Origin: Alphaproteobacteria bacterium
GTDB lineage: Bacteria > Pseudomonadota > Alphaproteobacteria > UBA828
NCBI GenBank assembly: GCA_965243315.1
Contig: CBDEUP010000007.1
Coordinates: 2,343,500 to 2,407,499, forward strand
Reading direction: 5' to 3'
DNA: 64,000 nt
Shown here: one piece after another, positions 51,548 through 61,800 of the stretch
Layout of the letters: the number at the start of each line of letters is the position of its first letter
Position numbering within the stretch: the stretch's first letter is position 1
Position numbers and translations under genes: made by a program
Notes under the pieces: generated by a model
What the model was told of the DNA's origin: nothing
The model's database searches: none
Seen by the model: the letters and a program-made list of their open reading frames with translations, nothing else

Positions 51548-52876
51548 GTGAACCTGCTACGGACATTCATGCCGCGCGGCCTTTTCTGGCGGGCATTCCT
51601 GATCATGCTCATCCCGCTGATTCTGGTTCAGGCGACGGTGGTCTACATCTTCTTCGAGCGACACTGGGATACGGTGAGCAACCAGCTAGCGCTGGATATC
51701 AGCGGCGATGTCCTCTCCATCATGCGTATGTCGGAAGGCGTGACCGACCCCGCAGAGCGGGCCCGGATCGACGAAATCGCCCGGCGAGAGATGCAGTTCG
51801 GGGTCGTCTTCGAGGATGGCGCGGTGCTGCCCGACGAGGCTCCGCCGCAGAGCGGTGGCATCTCTTACGAAATGCTGCACCGGCAGCTCGACCGGCGCAT
51901 CGGGGCTCCCTACCATCTCGACAGCACCTTGCCCGACAAGGGAATGACCATTCGGGTGCAGCGGTCGGACGGTGTTTTGACCCTGCTGACGACGACCCGG
52001 CGCTTGCGGGAATCAACCACCGTCCTGCCCTTCCTTTGGATGGCAGGGATGGCGCTCGTGGTGACGACGATCGCCGTCTTGTTTCTGCGCAACCAGGTTC
52101 GTCCGATCAGGCGGCTGGCGGCCGCGGCCGACGCGCTGGGCAAGGGTAGGCCCGTGACCGACCTCAAGCCCTCGGGCGCCGCCGAGGTTCGCCTTGCGGG
52201 CGCCGCCTTCCTGGAGATGCAAGGGCGCATTCAGCGTCAGATCACGCAGCGCACCGAGATGCTGGCCGGGGTGTCTCACGATCTTCGGACTCCGCTGACC
52301 CGCGTCAGGCTGCAGCTCGCCATGTTGGCTGACGCGCATCCGAATTCGCGGGCCGAATTCGGCGAATCCGAGCAGGACCTGCTGCTCATGGAGCACATGA
52401 TCGACGAATACATGGCCTTCGCCCGCGGCCAGGGCGGGGAGGCGCCGGTCAGCACCGATCTCGCAGAGATCATCGCCGATGTCACCGCCGATGCCCGCAG
52501 CAAGGGCAGCGCGATCACTCTCGAGGTCGAGCGGCCCCTGGTCATGGCGCTCCGGCCGAACGCCATCCGCCGCTGCCTCACCAACCTGATCGAGAACGCC
52601 GTGCATCACGGCAAGGAGGTCGCGATCAGCGCCGTTCGCCGGGACGACATCGTCTCGGTCGCGGTCGAGGACGACGGGCCGGGCATTCCCGAAGACCAGC
52701 GGGAAGAGGTATTCAAGCCATTCTTCCGGCTCGATGACGCACGCAATCCACGCACGGGCGGTGCCGGCCTCGGGCTTGCGATTGCGCGCGACGTCGCCCG
52801 CGGGCACGGGGGCGACATCCGCATGAGCGGCGCCTCGCTCGGCGGCCTTCGCGCCGAGCTACGCCTGCCGGTCTAA
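51548..52876 (+). CDS. EnvZ-like sensor histidine kinase
   Basis: 442 aa with a GTG start. Two TM segments, H-box VSHDLRTPLT, N-box NLIENAVHHG, and G-boxes DDGPGIP and GGAGLGLAI. Confidence 0.92.
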   Translation: MNLLRTFMPRGLFWRAFLIMLIPLILVQATVVYIFFERHWDTVSNQLALDISGDVLSIMRMSEGVTDPAERARIDEIARREMQFGVVFEDGAVLPDEAPPQSGGISYEMLHRQLDRRIGAPYHLDSTLPDKGMTIRVQRSDGVLTLLTTTRRLRESTTVLPFLWMAGMALVVTTIAVLFLRNQVRPIRRLAAAADALGKGRPVTDLKPSGAAEVRLAGAAFLEMQGRIQRQITQRTEMLAGVSHDLRTPLTRVRLQLAMLADAHPNSRAEFGESEQDLLLMEHMIDEYMAFARGQGGEAPVSTDLAEIIADVTADARSKGSAITLEVERPLVMALRPNAIRRCLTNLIENAVHHGKEVAISAVRRDDIVSVAVEDDGPGIPEDQREEVFKPFFRLDDARNPRTGGAGLGLAIARDVARGHGGDIRMSGASLGGLRAELRLPV

Positions 52877-52885
52877 CTTACAGAC

Positions 52886-53530
52886 TTACCCGGCTCCTGC
52901 GGCCTGGGTGTCGCGCCACTCGCGGCTCGGCGCGAGACGGCAGAGCGAGCGCGTCATGCGGTCGAGGCGCTTGAGCCTGCGGTCGAGCACGGCCATGGTG
53001 CGCGCCATGTCCTCGCTGTCGTCGTGGAGCCAGACCCGGAGCATGGAGAGGTAGAGCGCACACAGCGCCTTGGCTCGCAGTTGGCCTCGCAGACCGGCGC
53101 TGCTCAAATCGGCGGCTTCGAGCATCCAGCGCATCGAGCGCCGCAGCGCCAGCGACGCGCACAGCATCGCTTCCAGGTCCGGCGGGGTGCTCCGCACGAT
53201 TGCAACGGCCCCTTCCCTATGGGCATTCAGCAGATCAAAGCGCTTCATGAGGACATCGAACAGGCGCTCGGTGGCCGGCCGGCCGGCCATCTCCGGATCC
53301 CGCGCTGCCAGCACCTCGCGGTCGATGTTGGCAAAGTAGGCCGCGACGATCGCGGCCTTGGAGGAAAACTCTGCGCGCAATTCCGCAAGCGAGACGCCGG
53401 CCGCCTCGGCGATGTCGCCAAGCCCGACTCGTGCCCAGCCACGGCTCGCGGCCAGTGTCAGTGCGCTCTCGATAATGGCCTGGCGTGCGTCCTTGCGCTT
53501 GCCGGCCCCTGCTGCAGTTTTCCTCGGCAT
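52886..53530 (-). CDS. TetR-family transcriptional regulator
   Basis: 214 aa with an N-terminal HTH ...ALTLAASRGWARVGLGDIAEAAGVSLAELRAEF.... Confidence 0.85.
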   Translation of the reverse strand: MPRKTAAGAGKRKDARQAIIESALTLAASRGWARVGLGDIAEAAGVSLAELRAEFSSKAAIVAAYFANIDREVLAARDPEMAGRPATERLFDVLMKRFDLLNAHREGAVAIVRSTPPDLEAMLCASLALRRSMRWMLEAADLSSAGLRGQLRAKALCALYLSMLRVWLHDDSEDMARTMAVLDRRLKRLDRMTRSLCRLAPSREWRDTQAAGAG

Positions 53531-53613
53531 GGTTTTGGGCCTCGTCGCCGTCGCCAGTGCCTGAAGTGTAGGACGCCCGAAATCCGGGGGTCAACGCGTC
53601 TGCGACGGGCCGG

Positions 53614-54435
53614 TTACGACGGGGCGAGGGCGCGCCCGCGTTCGGTGGCGGCGCGAACCGCGCGGGTCATGAGCGGGCTGAGCCCATCCGCCGCCATCAG
53701 GACCGCGAGCGCGGCTTCGGTGGTGCCGCCGGGGCTGGTCACGTTGCGCCGAAGCTGGGCAGCATCGTCTTCCGCCTGAGCCAGCAGGGCACCGGCGCCG
53801 CTCACCGTGCGCTCGGCCAGCAAGCGCGCGAGGTCCGCCGGCAGCCCGGCGTCGACGGCGGCCTCGGCCAGACATTCCGCGAGCAGGAAGACGTAAGCTG
53901 GCCCACTGCCGGAGACCGCCGTCACCGCATCCATGTGATACTCGTCGTCGATCCAGGCGACGGCGCCCACCGCCCCCAGCAGCCCCTCGCAGAGCACCTT
54001 CTGATCCCAGCTAGCGACCGAATTGGCCCAGGCGACGGTCATGCCCTCACCGATGGCGGCCGGCGTGTTGGGCATGGCGCGGACGATGGCGACATCGCCG
54101 AGGTCCCGCTCCAGCAAGGCGACGGGCCAGCCGGCTGCGATGGAGAGATGCACGCACTCGGGCCCCCCTAAGCCCGCGTAGTGCGGTACGACCTCTGCCA
54201 TCACCTGCGGCTTGACGGCGAAGACGATCGCTGCGGGATTGAGCGTGTGGGGCAGGTCAGCGGGCTCCTGCACGCGTTCTGCCCCGAGCGGGGCGAGGCG
54301 CGCGGCCACTTGGTCGTCCGGCTCGACGACGGTGAGCTGCGCTGCGTCCAGCGGCCCGCGCAGCCACCCGGCCGCGAGCGCGCCGCCCATCCTTCCGCCG
54401 CCTACCAGGACGATCGGGCCGGTAGACACCGTCAT
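53614..54435 (-). CDS. proC: pyrroline-5-carboxylate reductase
   Basis: 273 aa. ...IVLVGGGRMGGAL..., ...AVSGSGPAYVFLLAECL... and ...VTSPGGTTEAAL... are ProC hallmarks. Confidence 0.93.
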   Translation of the reverse strand: MTVSTGPIVLVGGGRMGGALAAGWLRGPLDAAQLTVVEPDDQVAARLAPLGAERVQEPADLPHTLNPAAIVFAVKPQVMAEVVPHYAGLGGPECVHLSIAAGWPVALLERDLGDVAIVRAMPNTPAAIGEGMTVAWANSVASWDQKVLCEGLLGAVGAVAWIDDEYHMDAVTAVSGSGPAYVFLLAECLAEAAVDAGLPADLARLLAERTVSGAGALLAQAEDDAAQLRRNVTSPGGTTEAALAVLMAADGLSPLMTRAVRAATERGRALAPS

Positions 54436-54938
54436 CAGGCGCTCCCGCGCGGTTCCATGAGCGCCGCCTGAAAGGCGGTCTCGGGCTCGAGGCCGGCCAG
54501 GATTACTTGCTCAAAGGCCGGATAGAAGCGCTCGCACTCACCGACCCCGAGCGTCACGAGATCGACGATCTGGGGATCTTCCACGCCCTGGGTGCCGCGC
54601 AGCAGGAGCGCGTGGCGCCACGTCGGTCGGCCCTCCTCGGCCCAGAGGTCGAAGTGGCCGACCCACAGGCTCTCGTTGATCAGGCTGACCAGGGCGTCGA
54701 CCGTTGGCCGGCGCTCGTCGGGAACGCTCATGTCGAAGCCGCTGGCGAAGTGCAGGACGTCGAGATCGGCGCGGTAGGCGAACCAGAGCTGGTAATCGCA
54801 CCAGCCGCCGGCGAGCGAGCCGGTGATGTCCTCGTCGCCCATGCGCTCGAACGAGAGCCGGCTCGCCATCATCACCCGCTCGACGGCATCGAGCGCGTCG
54901 CTCGAAAGGCGCCCCGATTCCACAAGCGACACCGCCAT
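54435..54938 (-). CDS. YbjN-domain protein
   Basis: ATG at 54938 gives 167 aa. The stop overlaps the proC start by 1 nt. Family assigned from general resemblance and the conserved ybjN-proC pairing in alphaproteobacteria. Confidence 0.6.
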   Translation of the reverse strand: MAVSLVESGRLSSDALDAVERVMMASRLSFERMGDEDITGSLAGGWCDYQLWFAYRADLDVLHFASGFDMSVPDERRPTVDALVSLINESLWVGHFDLWAEEGRPTWRHALLLRGTQGVEDPQIVDLVTLGVGECERFYPAFEQVILAGLEPETAFQAALMEPRGSA

Positions 54939-55076
54939 CCCATCGTCCCGCTGTAGTGCCGGCACACGCGGTACGCACCATTGCCTACCACATGTGACGC
55001 TAACCACAATAAGCTGCGATGGCGAGAGAGAAAATCCCAAAATATTGCGTTTAGGTGTTCCGGTGGCGCCGAGGCC

Positions 55077-55634
55077 CTAGACCGGAAGCTGCGGCGCGGC
55101 TCCGTCCGGGAGAGGGACGCGGTGCTCGTTCAGCGTCATGGCGATCATCGCGTAGTAGCCGTTGAGCGCCGTGAGCTCGACCACGCCGGCCGGACCCAAC
55201 AACCGGAGCGCGTTGTCGTAGGTCTCGTCGCTCACGGCGCGGTTCATTTGCAGCTCGCAGGTGAAGTCGTAGACCGTCACCTCGTCCTCTGCCGAGAGCG
55301 GCGGCGGGCGCCGCTGCTTGATCGCCTCGATCACCGCGTCCGGCAGGCCCGCGCGCGCGGCCTCGGGCGCATGCCAATGCCACTCGTACTGGCACGACCA
55401 GTGGCGGGCCACCGCGAGGATCGCGAGCTCGCTCAAGCGCGGCTCCAGGCCGGTGTCGTAGCGGAGGAGGGCGCCCAGCGCCTGCACACGGTCCGCGAGC
55501 TCGGCATTGTGCATGAACGCCATGAAGAGCGCGGGCACCGTGCCGCGCGGCCCGCTCGCAATCGCGTCGTAGACGCGGCGCTGGTTCGCCGACAGCCCGT
55601 CCACGCTGGGCAACGGCAGGCGGGTTGCGGTCAT
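55077..55634 (-). CDS. carboxymuconolactone decarboxylase (CMD/AhpD-like) family protein
   Basis: 185 aa. ...[26 protein letters not shown]... is typical of the CMD family. Confidence 0.8.
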   Translation of the reverse strand: MTATRLPLPSVDGLSANQRRVYDAIASGPRGTVPALFMAFMHNAELADRVQALGALLRYDTGLEPRLSELAILAVARHWSCQYEWHWHAPEAARAGLPDAVIEAIKQRRPPPLSAEDEVTVYDFTCELQMNRAVSDETYDNALRLLGPAGVVELTALNGYYAMIAMTLNEHRVPLPDGAAPQLPV

Positions 55635-56131
55635 GCCGCTCCCCGCTTCTCGCCGACCGCCTCACGCTCGGCAATCGGCGGCACGAATTGCAGGTCAGTG
55701 TCCCAGGGGAAGAAGATCCAAGTGTCCTGACTCACCTCGGTCACGAAGGTATGCGCCTCGCCCCGCCCGGCCGGCTTGGTGTAGACGCAGGCGAAGTGGG
55801 CCTTCGGCAGCATCTCGCGGACGATACGCGCCGTGGCCCCGGTATCGGCGAGATCGTCGATGATCAGCACGCCCTCGCCGTCGCCCGCCACCGGCTTCAG
55901 GACCTGCGCGGAGCGCTGGTCCTGGTGGTCGTAGGAGGAGATGCACACGGTGTCGATCAAGCGAATGTCCAACTCGCGCGCGACAACCGTCGCCGGCACC
56001 AGGCCGCCACGGGTGACCGCGACGATGCTCCGCCAGGGGCCCAGCTCAGCCAGCCGCCAGGCGAGCGCGCGCGCGTCCCGATGTAGCTGATCCCACGAAA
56101 CCGGGAAGCCTTTTGCATACTTTTCGGTCAT
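55631..56131 (-). CDS. gpt: xanthine-guanine phosphoribosyltransferase
   Basis: ATG at 56131 gives 166 aa. [27 protein letters not shown]... and the PRPP loop [13 protein letters not shown]. The longer ORF-track frame (to 57040) runs antisense to moxR and is rejected. Confidence 0.9.
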   Translation of the reverse strand: MTEKYAKGFPVSWDQLHRDARALAWRLAELGPWRSIVAVTRGGLVPATVVARELDIRLIDTVCISSYDHQDQRSAQVLKPVAGDGEGVLIIDDLADTGATARIVREMLPKAHFACVYTKPAGRGEAHTFVTEVSQDTWIFFPWDTDLQFVPPIAEREAVGEKRGAA

Positions 56132-56260
56132 CTCAATCCCCGTCCTGAGCCGTTTTCCTGCCGGCGCACATGCAACCGGACATCGCACGGCCGGGCAAGG
56201 GCGGCATGACGGTAGCCGCCCCGCCTTTCGGTACCGGCCGGATATGAGTAAGAACGTTCC

Positions 56261-57172
56261 ATGGCCGATCACATGGTGCGGGCGCTGCCGGGCAGCGAAG
56301 CCGAGACGCGGGCGCTCCTCGAGGAGGGGCGCTACGTCGCGGACGGCGCGCTGGTCAAGACCCTCTACCTGAGCTTCGCCCTCGGTCGCCCGCTGCTGCT
56401 GGAGGGCGAGGCCGGCTGCGGCAAGACCCAGCTCGCCGCGACCCTTGCCGAAACGCTTGGCCGTCGACTGCTGCGCCTGCAGTGCCACGAGGGCCTCGAC
56501 TCGGCCGCCGCCGTCTACGAGTGGAACTACGCAGCCCAGATGCTCGCGATTCGCCTCGCCGAGCGTGGCGGGACCGAGCGTGACGCGCTGGCAGAGGACA
56601 TTTTCGGCGAGCGCTTCCTGGTCAAGCGCCCGCTTCTCACGGCGCTCGAGCCCGATCCCCTCGGACCCCCGGTTCTGCTGATCGACGAGATCGACCGGGC
56701 CGATGCACCCTTCGAGGCCTACCTGCTGGAGGTGCTCTCCGAGTTTCAGGTGAGCGTGCCCGAGGTGGGCACGGTGACGGCGGCCGAGCGGCCCGTGGTG
56801 GTCATCACCTCGAATCGCACGCGCGAGGTACACGACGCGCTCAAGCGGCGCTGCCTCTACCACTGGGTCGACTATCCCGACGCAGCGCAGGAGAAGGCGA
56901 TCCTGCGCGCGCGCCTGCCGGGGATCGAGCAACGCTTGAGCGACAACATCGCCGCCTTCATCGAGCGCATGCAGAAGGCCGATCTCGCCACGGTGCCGGC
57001 GCTCGGCGAGGTGATCGCCTGGTCGAGCGCCGTGGTTCAACTCAATCAGATCGAGCTCGACCCCGAGACCATCCGGGCAAACCTCGAGCGTCTTCTGGCC
57101 TATCAGCGGGGCCTCGCGGAGGCCAGTGGCCGCGCCCCAGCGGGGCCCATCCAGCCGGGGCAGCGCCTGTGA
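56261..57172 (+). CDS. MoxR-family AAA+ ATPase (CoxD-like)
   Basis: 303 aa with Walker A GEAGCGKT, Walker [10 protein letters not shown] and ...[19 protein letters not shown].... Confidence 0.88.
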   Translation: MADHMVRALPGSEAETRALLEEGRYVADGALVKTLYLSFALGRPLLLEGEAGCGKTQLAATLAETLGRRLLRLQCHEGLDSAAAVYEWNYAAQMLAIRLAERGGTERDALAEDIFGERFLVKRPLLTALEPDPLGPPVLLIDEIDRADAPFEAYLLEVLSEFQVSVPEVGTVTAAERPVVVITSNRTREVHDALKRRCLYHWVDYPDAAQEKAILRARLPGIEQRLSDNIAAFIERMQKADLATVPALGEVIAWSSAVVQLNQIELDPETIRANLERLLAYQRGLAEASGRAPAGPIQPGQRL

Positions 57173-58383
57173 GTGTCTGGCAGCAGACGCTCGAGTCCGA
57201 GGCGGGAGGCACGCTCGCGTACAACGTCATGCACTTCGTGCGCGGCCTGCGCGGCGCCGGCCTGCCGGCGGGGCCCGGCAAGACCGTCGAAGCGGTGCGC
57301 GCCGTCGAGGCGGTCGACCCCACCCGCCGCAGCGATCTTTATTGGGCGCTCCACGCGGTGCTGGTCGAGCGACGCGATCAGCACGATCTCTTCGACCAGG
57401 CGTTTCGGCTGTTCTGGCGCGAAATCCGCATGGAGAGCGCGGTCCAGGGGCCGGTCATGGGGACCGACAGGCTGCCCCAGCCGGAGGCGCCGCCGGCGAG
57501 CCGCCGGGCCAGCGAGGCCATCACGCCGCGCCTGCCGGAGGAAGAGGAAAAAGAGGAAAACGTCGAGATTGAGCTCGACGCGGTGCTCACCTTCTCGCCC
57601 CAGGAGGTGCTGCAGGAGATGGACTTCGAGGACATGTCGGCGGACGAGCTGGCCGAGGCCAAGCGGGCGATCGCGGCGCTTCGCCTGCCGATCAAGCCGG
57701 TGCCGACGCGGCGCTTCCGGCCCGATCCGCTGGGCCGGCGCATCGACATGCGCGCCACGCTCCGCGCGAGCCTGCGCTCCAGCGGCGATATGATGCCGCT
57801 CAAGCGCCGCTCGCGCGCCGAGCGGCTGCCGGCGCTGGTGGTGCTCTGCGACGTGTCGGGCTCCATGAGCCGCTACTCGCGCATGTTCCTGCACTTCGTC
57901 CACGCCGTGACCAACGACCGCGACCGGGTGCACAGCTTCCTCTTCGGCACCCGGCTCACCAACATCACGCGCCACCTCCGGCACCGAGACGTGGACGTGG
58001 CCGTCGGCCGCTCGAGCCGGGCCGTGCGCGACTGGTCCGGGGGCACGCGAATCGGTCCCTGCCTCAAGGACTTCAACCATTTTTGGTCGCGCCGCGTGCT
58101 GGCCCAGGGCGCGCTGGTGCTGCTGATCACCGACGGGCTCGACCGCGACGATCTCGGCGTCCTGCAGGCCGAGGTGGAGCGGCTGCACAAGTCCTGCCGC
58201 CGCCTGATCTGGCTCAACCCGCTGCTCCGCTACGAGGGCTTCAAGCCCGAGGCCGGCGGCGTGCGCACGATCCTGCCTCACATCGACGAGTTCCGGCCGG
58301 TCCACAACATCGCGAGCCTGATGGACATCGCCGCCGCGCTGAGTGAACCGTCGGATGCCGAGCCGAGCGCCGCCTGGGCCTGA
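57169..58383 (+). CDS. VWA-domain protein (CoxE-like)
   Basis: 404 aa. The GTG start overlaps the moxR stop. MIDAS-type [11 protein letters not shown] lies in the C-terminal VWA domain. Confidence 0.85.
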   Translation: MSVWQQTLESEAGGTLAYNVMHFVRGLRGAGLPAGPGKTVEAVRAVEAVDPTRRSDLYWALHAVLVERRDQHDLFDQAFRLFWREIRMESAVQGPVMGTDRLPQPEAPPASRRASEAITPRLPEEEEKEENVEIELDAVLTFSPQEVLQEMDFEDMSADELAEAKRAIAALRLPIKPVPTRRFRPDPLGRRIDMRATLRASLRSSGDMMPLKRRSRAERLPALVVLCDVSGSMSRYSRMFLHFVHAVTNDRDRVHSFLFGTRLTNITRHLRHRDVDVAVGRSSRAVRDWSGGTRIGPCLKDFNHFWSRRVLAQGALVLLITDGLDRDDLGVLQAEVERLHKSCRRLIWLNPLLRYEGFKPEAGGVRTILPHIDEFRPVHNIASLMDIAAALSEPSDAEPSAAWA

Positions 58384-58480
58384 AGCGGACGCTCCCGCCG
58401 CGATGGCGGCCCGCGGCGCGTCCAACGCGACTTTCATCCTTAGGAGCAAGAATACGACGCGAGCGCATCACCAATTTTAT

Positions 58481-58600
58481 CCGGGATTTGCCGGGATTAA
58501 GTGGGATTAATCGGGATACCGCGGGATGAGTGGGATTTAAGTGGGATCAGCAGGATTGAGTGGGATTGAGTGGGACAAGTGGGATTCCCCTGGGACAAGC
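58481..58600. repeat. array B: about 12 tandem units of a 10-bp-phased GGGAT repeat (inverse orientation of array A)
   Basis: Read directly: CCGGGATTTG / CCGGGATTAA / GTGGGATTAA / TCGGGATACC / GCGGGATGA / GTGGGATTTAA / GTGGGATCAG / CAGGATTGA / GTGGGATTGA / GTGGGACAA / GTGGGATTCCCC / TGGGACAAGC. The unit AAGTGGGAT is the reverse complement of ATCCCACTT in array A. Confidence 0.9.
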
Positions 58601-58855
58601 GGCGGCACCGGCGTGGGGTGCGGAGTGTGGGCGGTTCGCTCGTGCGTTGCATGGCGCGATGTTGACGCACAGACCGCGCTCTATGCACCGCACCATAGTC
58701 AGTCGTGAACCCGTTTCTCGACATTACACAGAGAAATACAGTTCAATTAATCGTTGAAGAACAATGCATTACAAGTTTGTCTTATACCTTCTCTTCTTCG
58801 ATCGCAATTTTCAGATACTAAATAGGTACCATGTCAAATCGAAGCCGCGCGTAGT

Positions 58856-61800
58856 CTACCACTTGGCGCGTACTTCGATCCCGACCGCATGCTCGGGCTC
58901 GGCCATGTCGTTCTCACTTCGCACTGCCTTGACGCCGAAGGAGAGGCCGGGCGCATTCGCGTCCGCAGCCGGCGCGAGTCGCCAGCCGAGCGTATAGTCG
59001 CGCGCGGTATCGGAGAGCCCGAGCCCGGCATGCGGGCTGCCGGTGAAGCGCCCGCCGAGGACCGGCAGGCCCCAGGCCGCCTCCATCGCCCAGCGGGACG
59101 TGGCTTCGCCATTGCCCGTCCGGTCCTCCAGCGGGTCCGGCGCGAACAGCGCATCCAGGCCGCCTTGCGATTGACCGCCCCAGCCCTGGGTGAGCGTCAG
59201 CGACGGGCCGCGCCCGCTCGCCGGGTCGGGGTCCCAGGCCAGCGAGGCCGCGAAGCCTTGATCCTCGAGATCGTCGTTGCCGTGCGCGATCAGCGTGCGG
59301 CCCGAGAGGTCGAGCGAGAGCCCGAGCCTCGGATCGACCCAGGCGATGCCGCCGCCGAGCTCGACCCCGAACCCGGTCTCGGCGTCGCCCCCGTCATGGC
59401 GCGCGCCGACCTCCAGCTTCGGCGTCAGGTGGCCGCCTTCCTCAAGCGCGACGCGCCAGCTCCCCTCCAGCCCCAGCCGCAGCCGGGTCACGTCGGACTC
59501 CGACGCCGCAAGGTCCCGCGTCTTGTCCGATGACGTGCGCGCCCACAAGGCGTCCGAGGTCACCGCCAGGGCCGGGCCGGAGCCTTCCGTGGGCGGCGCG
59601 ATCACGTCGCCGCGCAGGCCCAGCGCCGCCATGGTCCAGTCGATGTCCGCCCTGTAGCTGCCGCCCATCTGGGGCTTCAGCGTCACGTCGCCCGTGCCGT
59701 AGCCGAGCGCGCCCCAGAGCTTGAGGCGCTCCGAAGCCTGCAACGCCGCATAGGGAACCGCCGCCGTCAGCGACGCTTCCACCTTGCCGTTGCCTTCCCG
59801 GACCGCGCCGTCGCAGGCTCTCTGCCTTGCCGGGTCCGTGTCTTCGGCATCCTTGCAGAACTGCGCCAGGGCGCGGGACGCGGCGTGGGGCCGGGGGTCC
59901 GTATCGGCGTAGCCGCCCTCGCCGGCGCTCTGCATCAGCGCCAGCCCGGCCAGCCAGTTGCCGCGCGCATAGTCCGCGCCCAGCATCGCCGTGGTGGCAT
60001 CGCCGTCGAGGGAGAACGCCCCCTCGCGCCCGTCGAAGCTGCCCTGCGCCGCCCGGCCCCAGAAGGCCAGGCTGCCGCCGGACGAGTCCGTCTCCCCCGT
60101 CGCCGTGAAGCTCGACCCCAGCAACGCCTCCTGCACCGTCATGGTGCGGGACTGACCGCTACTGCTGCCGAACCCGTGGGCAGTGCCGAGCCCGCCCGCG
60201 CCGAAGCGGCCGCTGTGGCCGGCGAAGCCGTCATGGCCGGCACCGAAGGCGCGGGCGATGCTGGATTGCGCCCACAGGCCGCTGCGCGACGGGTTGTCCA
60301 TGGCGGCAATCCCGTTCGCCGGCCCGCCCGGCCCGCCGGAGCCTGCCTCGCCAGCCCCGGACCCGGAGCCGAAGGACCCCGATCCGGGATTCAGGCTGAT
60401 CGCCTGCCCGGCGACGGTGCCGTGCGCGCCCGGCGTGCGCGGCGCCGCCATGCGCCCCGCGATGCCGTCCAGAGCCTGCTCCGCCACCGTGCGCCCGAAG
60501 CGCGTCAGCCACGCCGCCGGCATCGGGTCCGAGTTCACGATCGTCCCCACCGCAACACCGTCCGCCACCGTCACCCCGGCGGTCTGGTTTTGCAGCACCA
60601 GCTCGAAGGTCTCCGAACCCTCGTCGTGGCTGTCGTCGAAGATGTAGACCAGCACCTCCTGCTCGGTCTCCTTCGGACCGAAGCGGACGCTCGAGCCGAG
60701 GTCGAAGTAGTCCCGGCCATACCGCGCCGAGACCGGCGTCGACTCACGCGTGCGGTAGCCGACCCAGACCACCTTCCCCGCGGCCTTCGACAGCCGGACC
60801 GTGAACCGCATCATCCGCTCTTTCTCCTGCGCCGTCGCGTCGTCCACCGAGAGCGCCGGCACGGCCGATGCCGCGTCGTTGTCCGCCACCGCCACCGAGG
60901 CCGCGTCGCTGGGCGACGCCGCCACCGTGTAGGCTGTGCCATTGCCGACAAGGGTCGCCGTCACGCTGCCGTCGGGCTCGTCCGCCGTATCGTCCACCGT
61001 CGCCACCGTGAAGGCGGCCTGGGTCTCGCCCTTGGGGATCGTCACTGTCGCCGCGCCCTCGTTGCCGGCCGCCACGAAGTCGGAGCCATTGGCCTCCGAG
61101 ACCGCCAGCCTGATCGTCAAGTCCGCTTGCGCCGCCCGGCTCGCCGTCACCGTGAACGCCGCGTCCGCGCCTTCCGTGATCGAAGCCATCTTCGCCGCGA
61201 TGGCGACCTCCGGTGGCGGCTCCAGGATGGCGAAGCTGACGGCACCCGAGCCCGAAGCCCCACCGCCGAGGCCGGTCGCTGCAAGCGTGCCCAGCCCCAC
61301 CGTCACCGTCTCGCCCGAGCCCTCCGCCGCACTGTCGGCCGCGGCCGTCAGGGTCAGCGTCGCCGAGGCCGCCGACGGGCCGGTGAAGGTCAGGGTCGGG
61401 GCACCGGGTCCTGCAAGGTCGGCATATGCCACCCCCTGCGGGCTCGGGGCCGGTGCCGACAGCGTGTAGTCGTTCCCCAACGTCGCAGCACCGCCGAACA
61501 GGAGCGGCACCGACAGGCGCTCGCCCTCGACCAGCGCGCGCCCGAGCGCCACCGTGAGGGTCTTGCTCCCCGTGGCCTCGGGAAGGTCGCCCGACGGCGC
61601 CGAGAGCGTCACCCCGGTCGCGTCGTCGTCCGCGACCGCCACCGTGGCCGAAGCCGCATCGCCCGGCGTGTAGCCGTCCTTCGCCACCACCGTCGCCGTC
61701 ACCGCACCGCCCGGCCCGTCCGCGTCGTCATCCACCGTCGCGACCGTGAACGTCTTCGACCCCGTGCCTCCGGGCAGCGTCACCGTCCGCTCGCCCAGCG

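Noticed and set aside
58497-58510. CtrA-type box (TTAA-N7-TTAA) inside array B.
   Set aside because: The two TTAA elements (58497-58500 and 58507-58510) are separated by 6 nt, not 7. The TTAA is simply part of the 10-bp unit.
36368-58600. The 22-kb segment bounded by the two inverted arrays as a composite transposon, an invertible segment or a genomic island.
   Set aside because: The content is core housekeeping: uvrC, pgsA, Moco biosynthesis, ilvE, proC and gpt. No transposase, integrase or tRNA gene is visible at either end. Recombination between 10-bp repeats is conceivable but unsupported.
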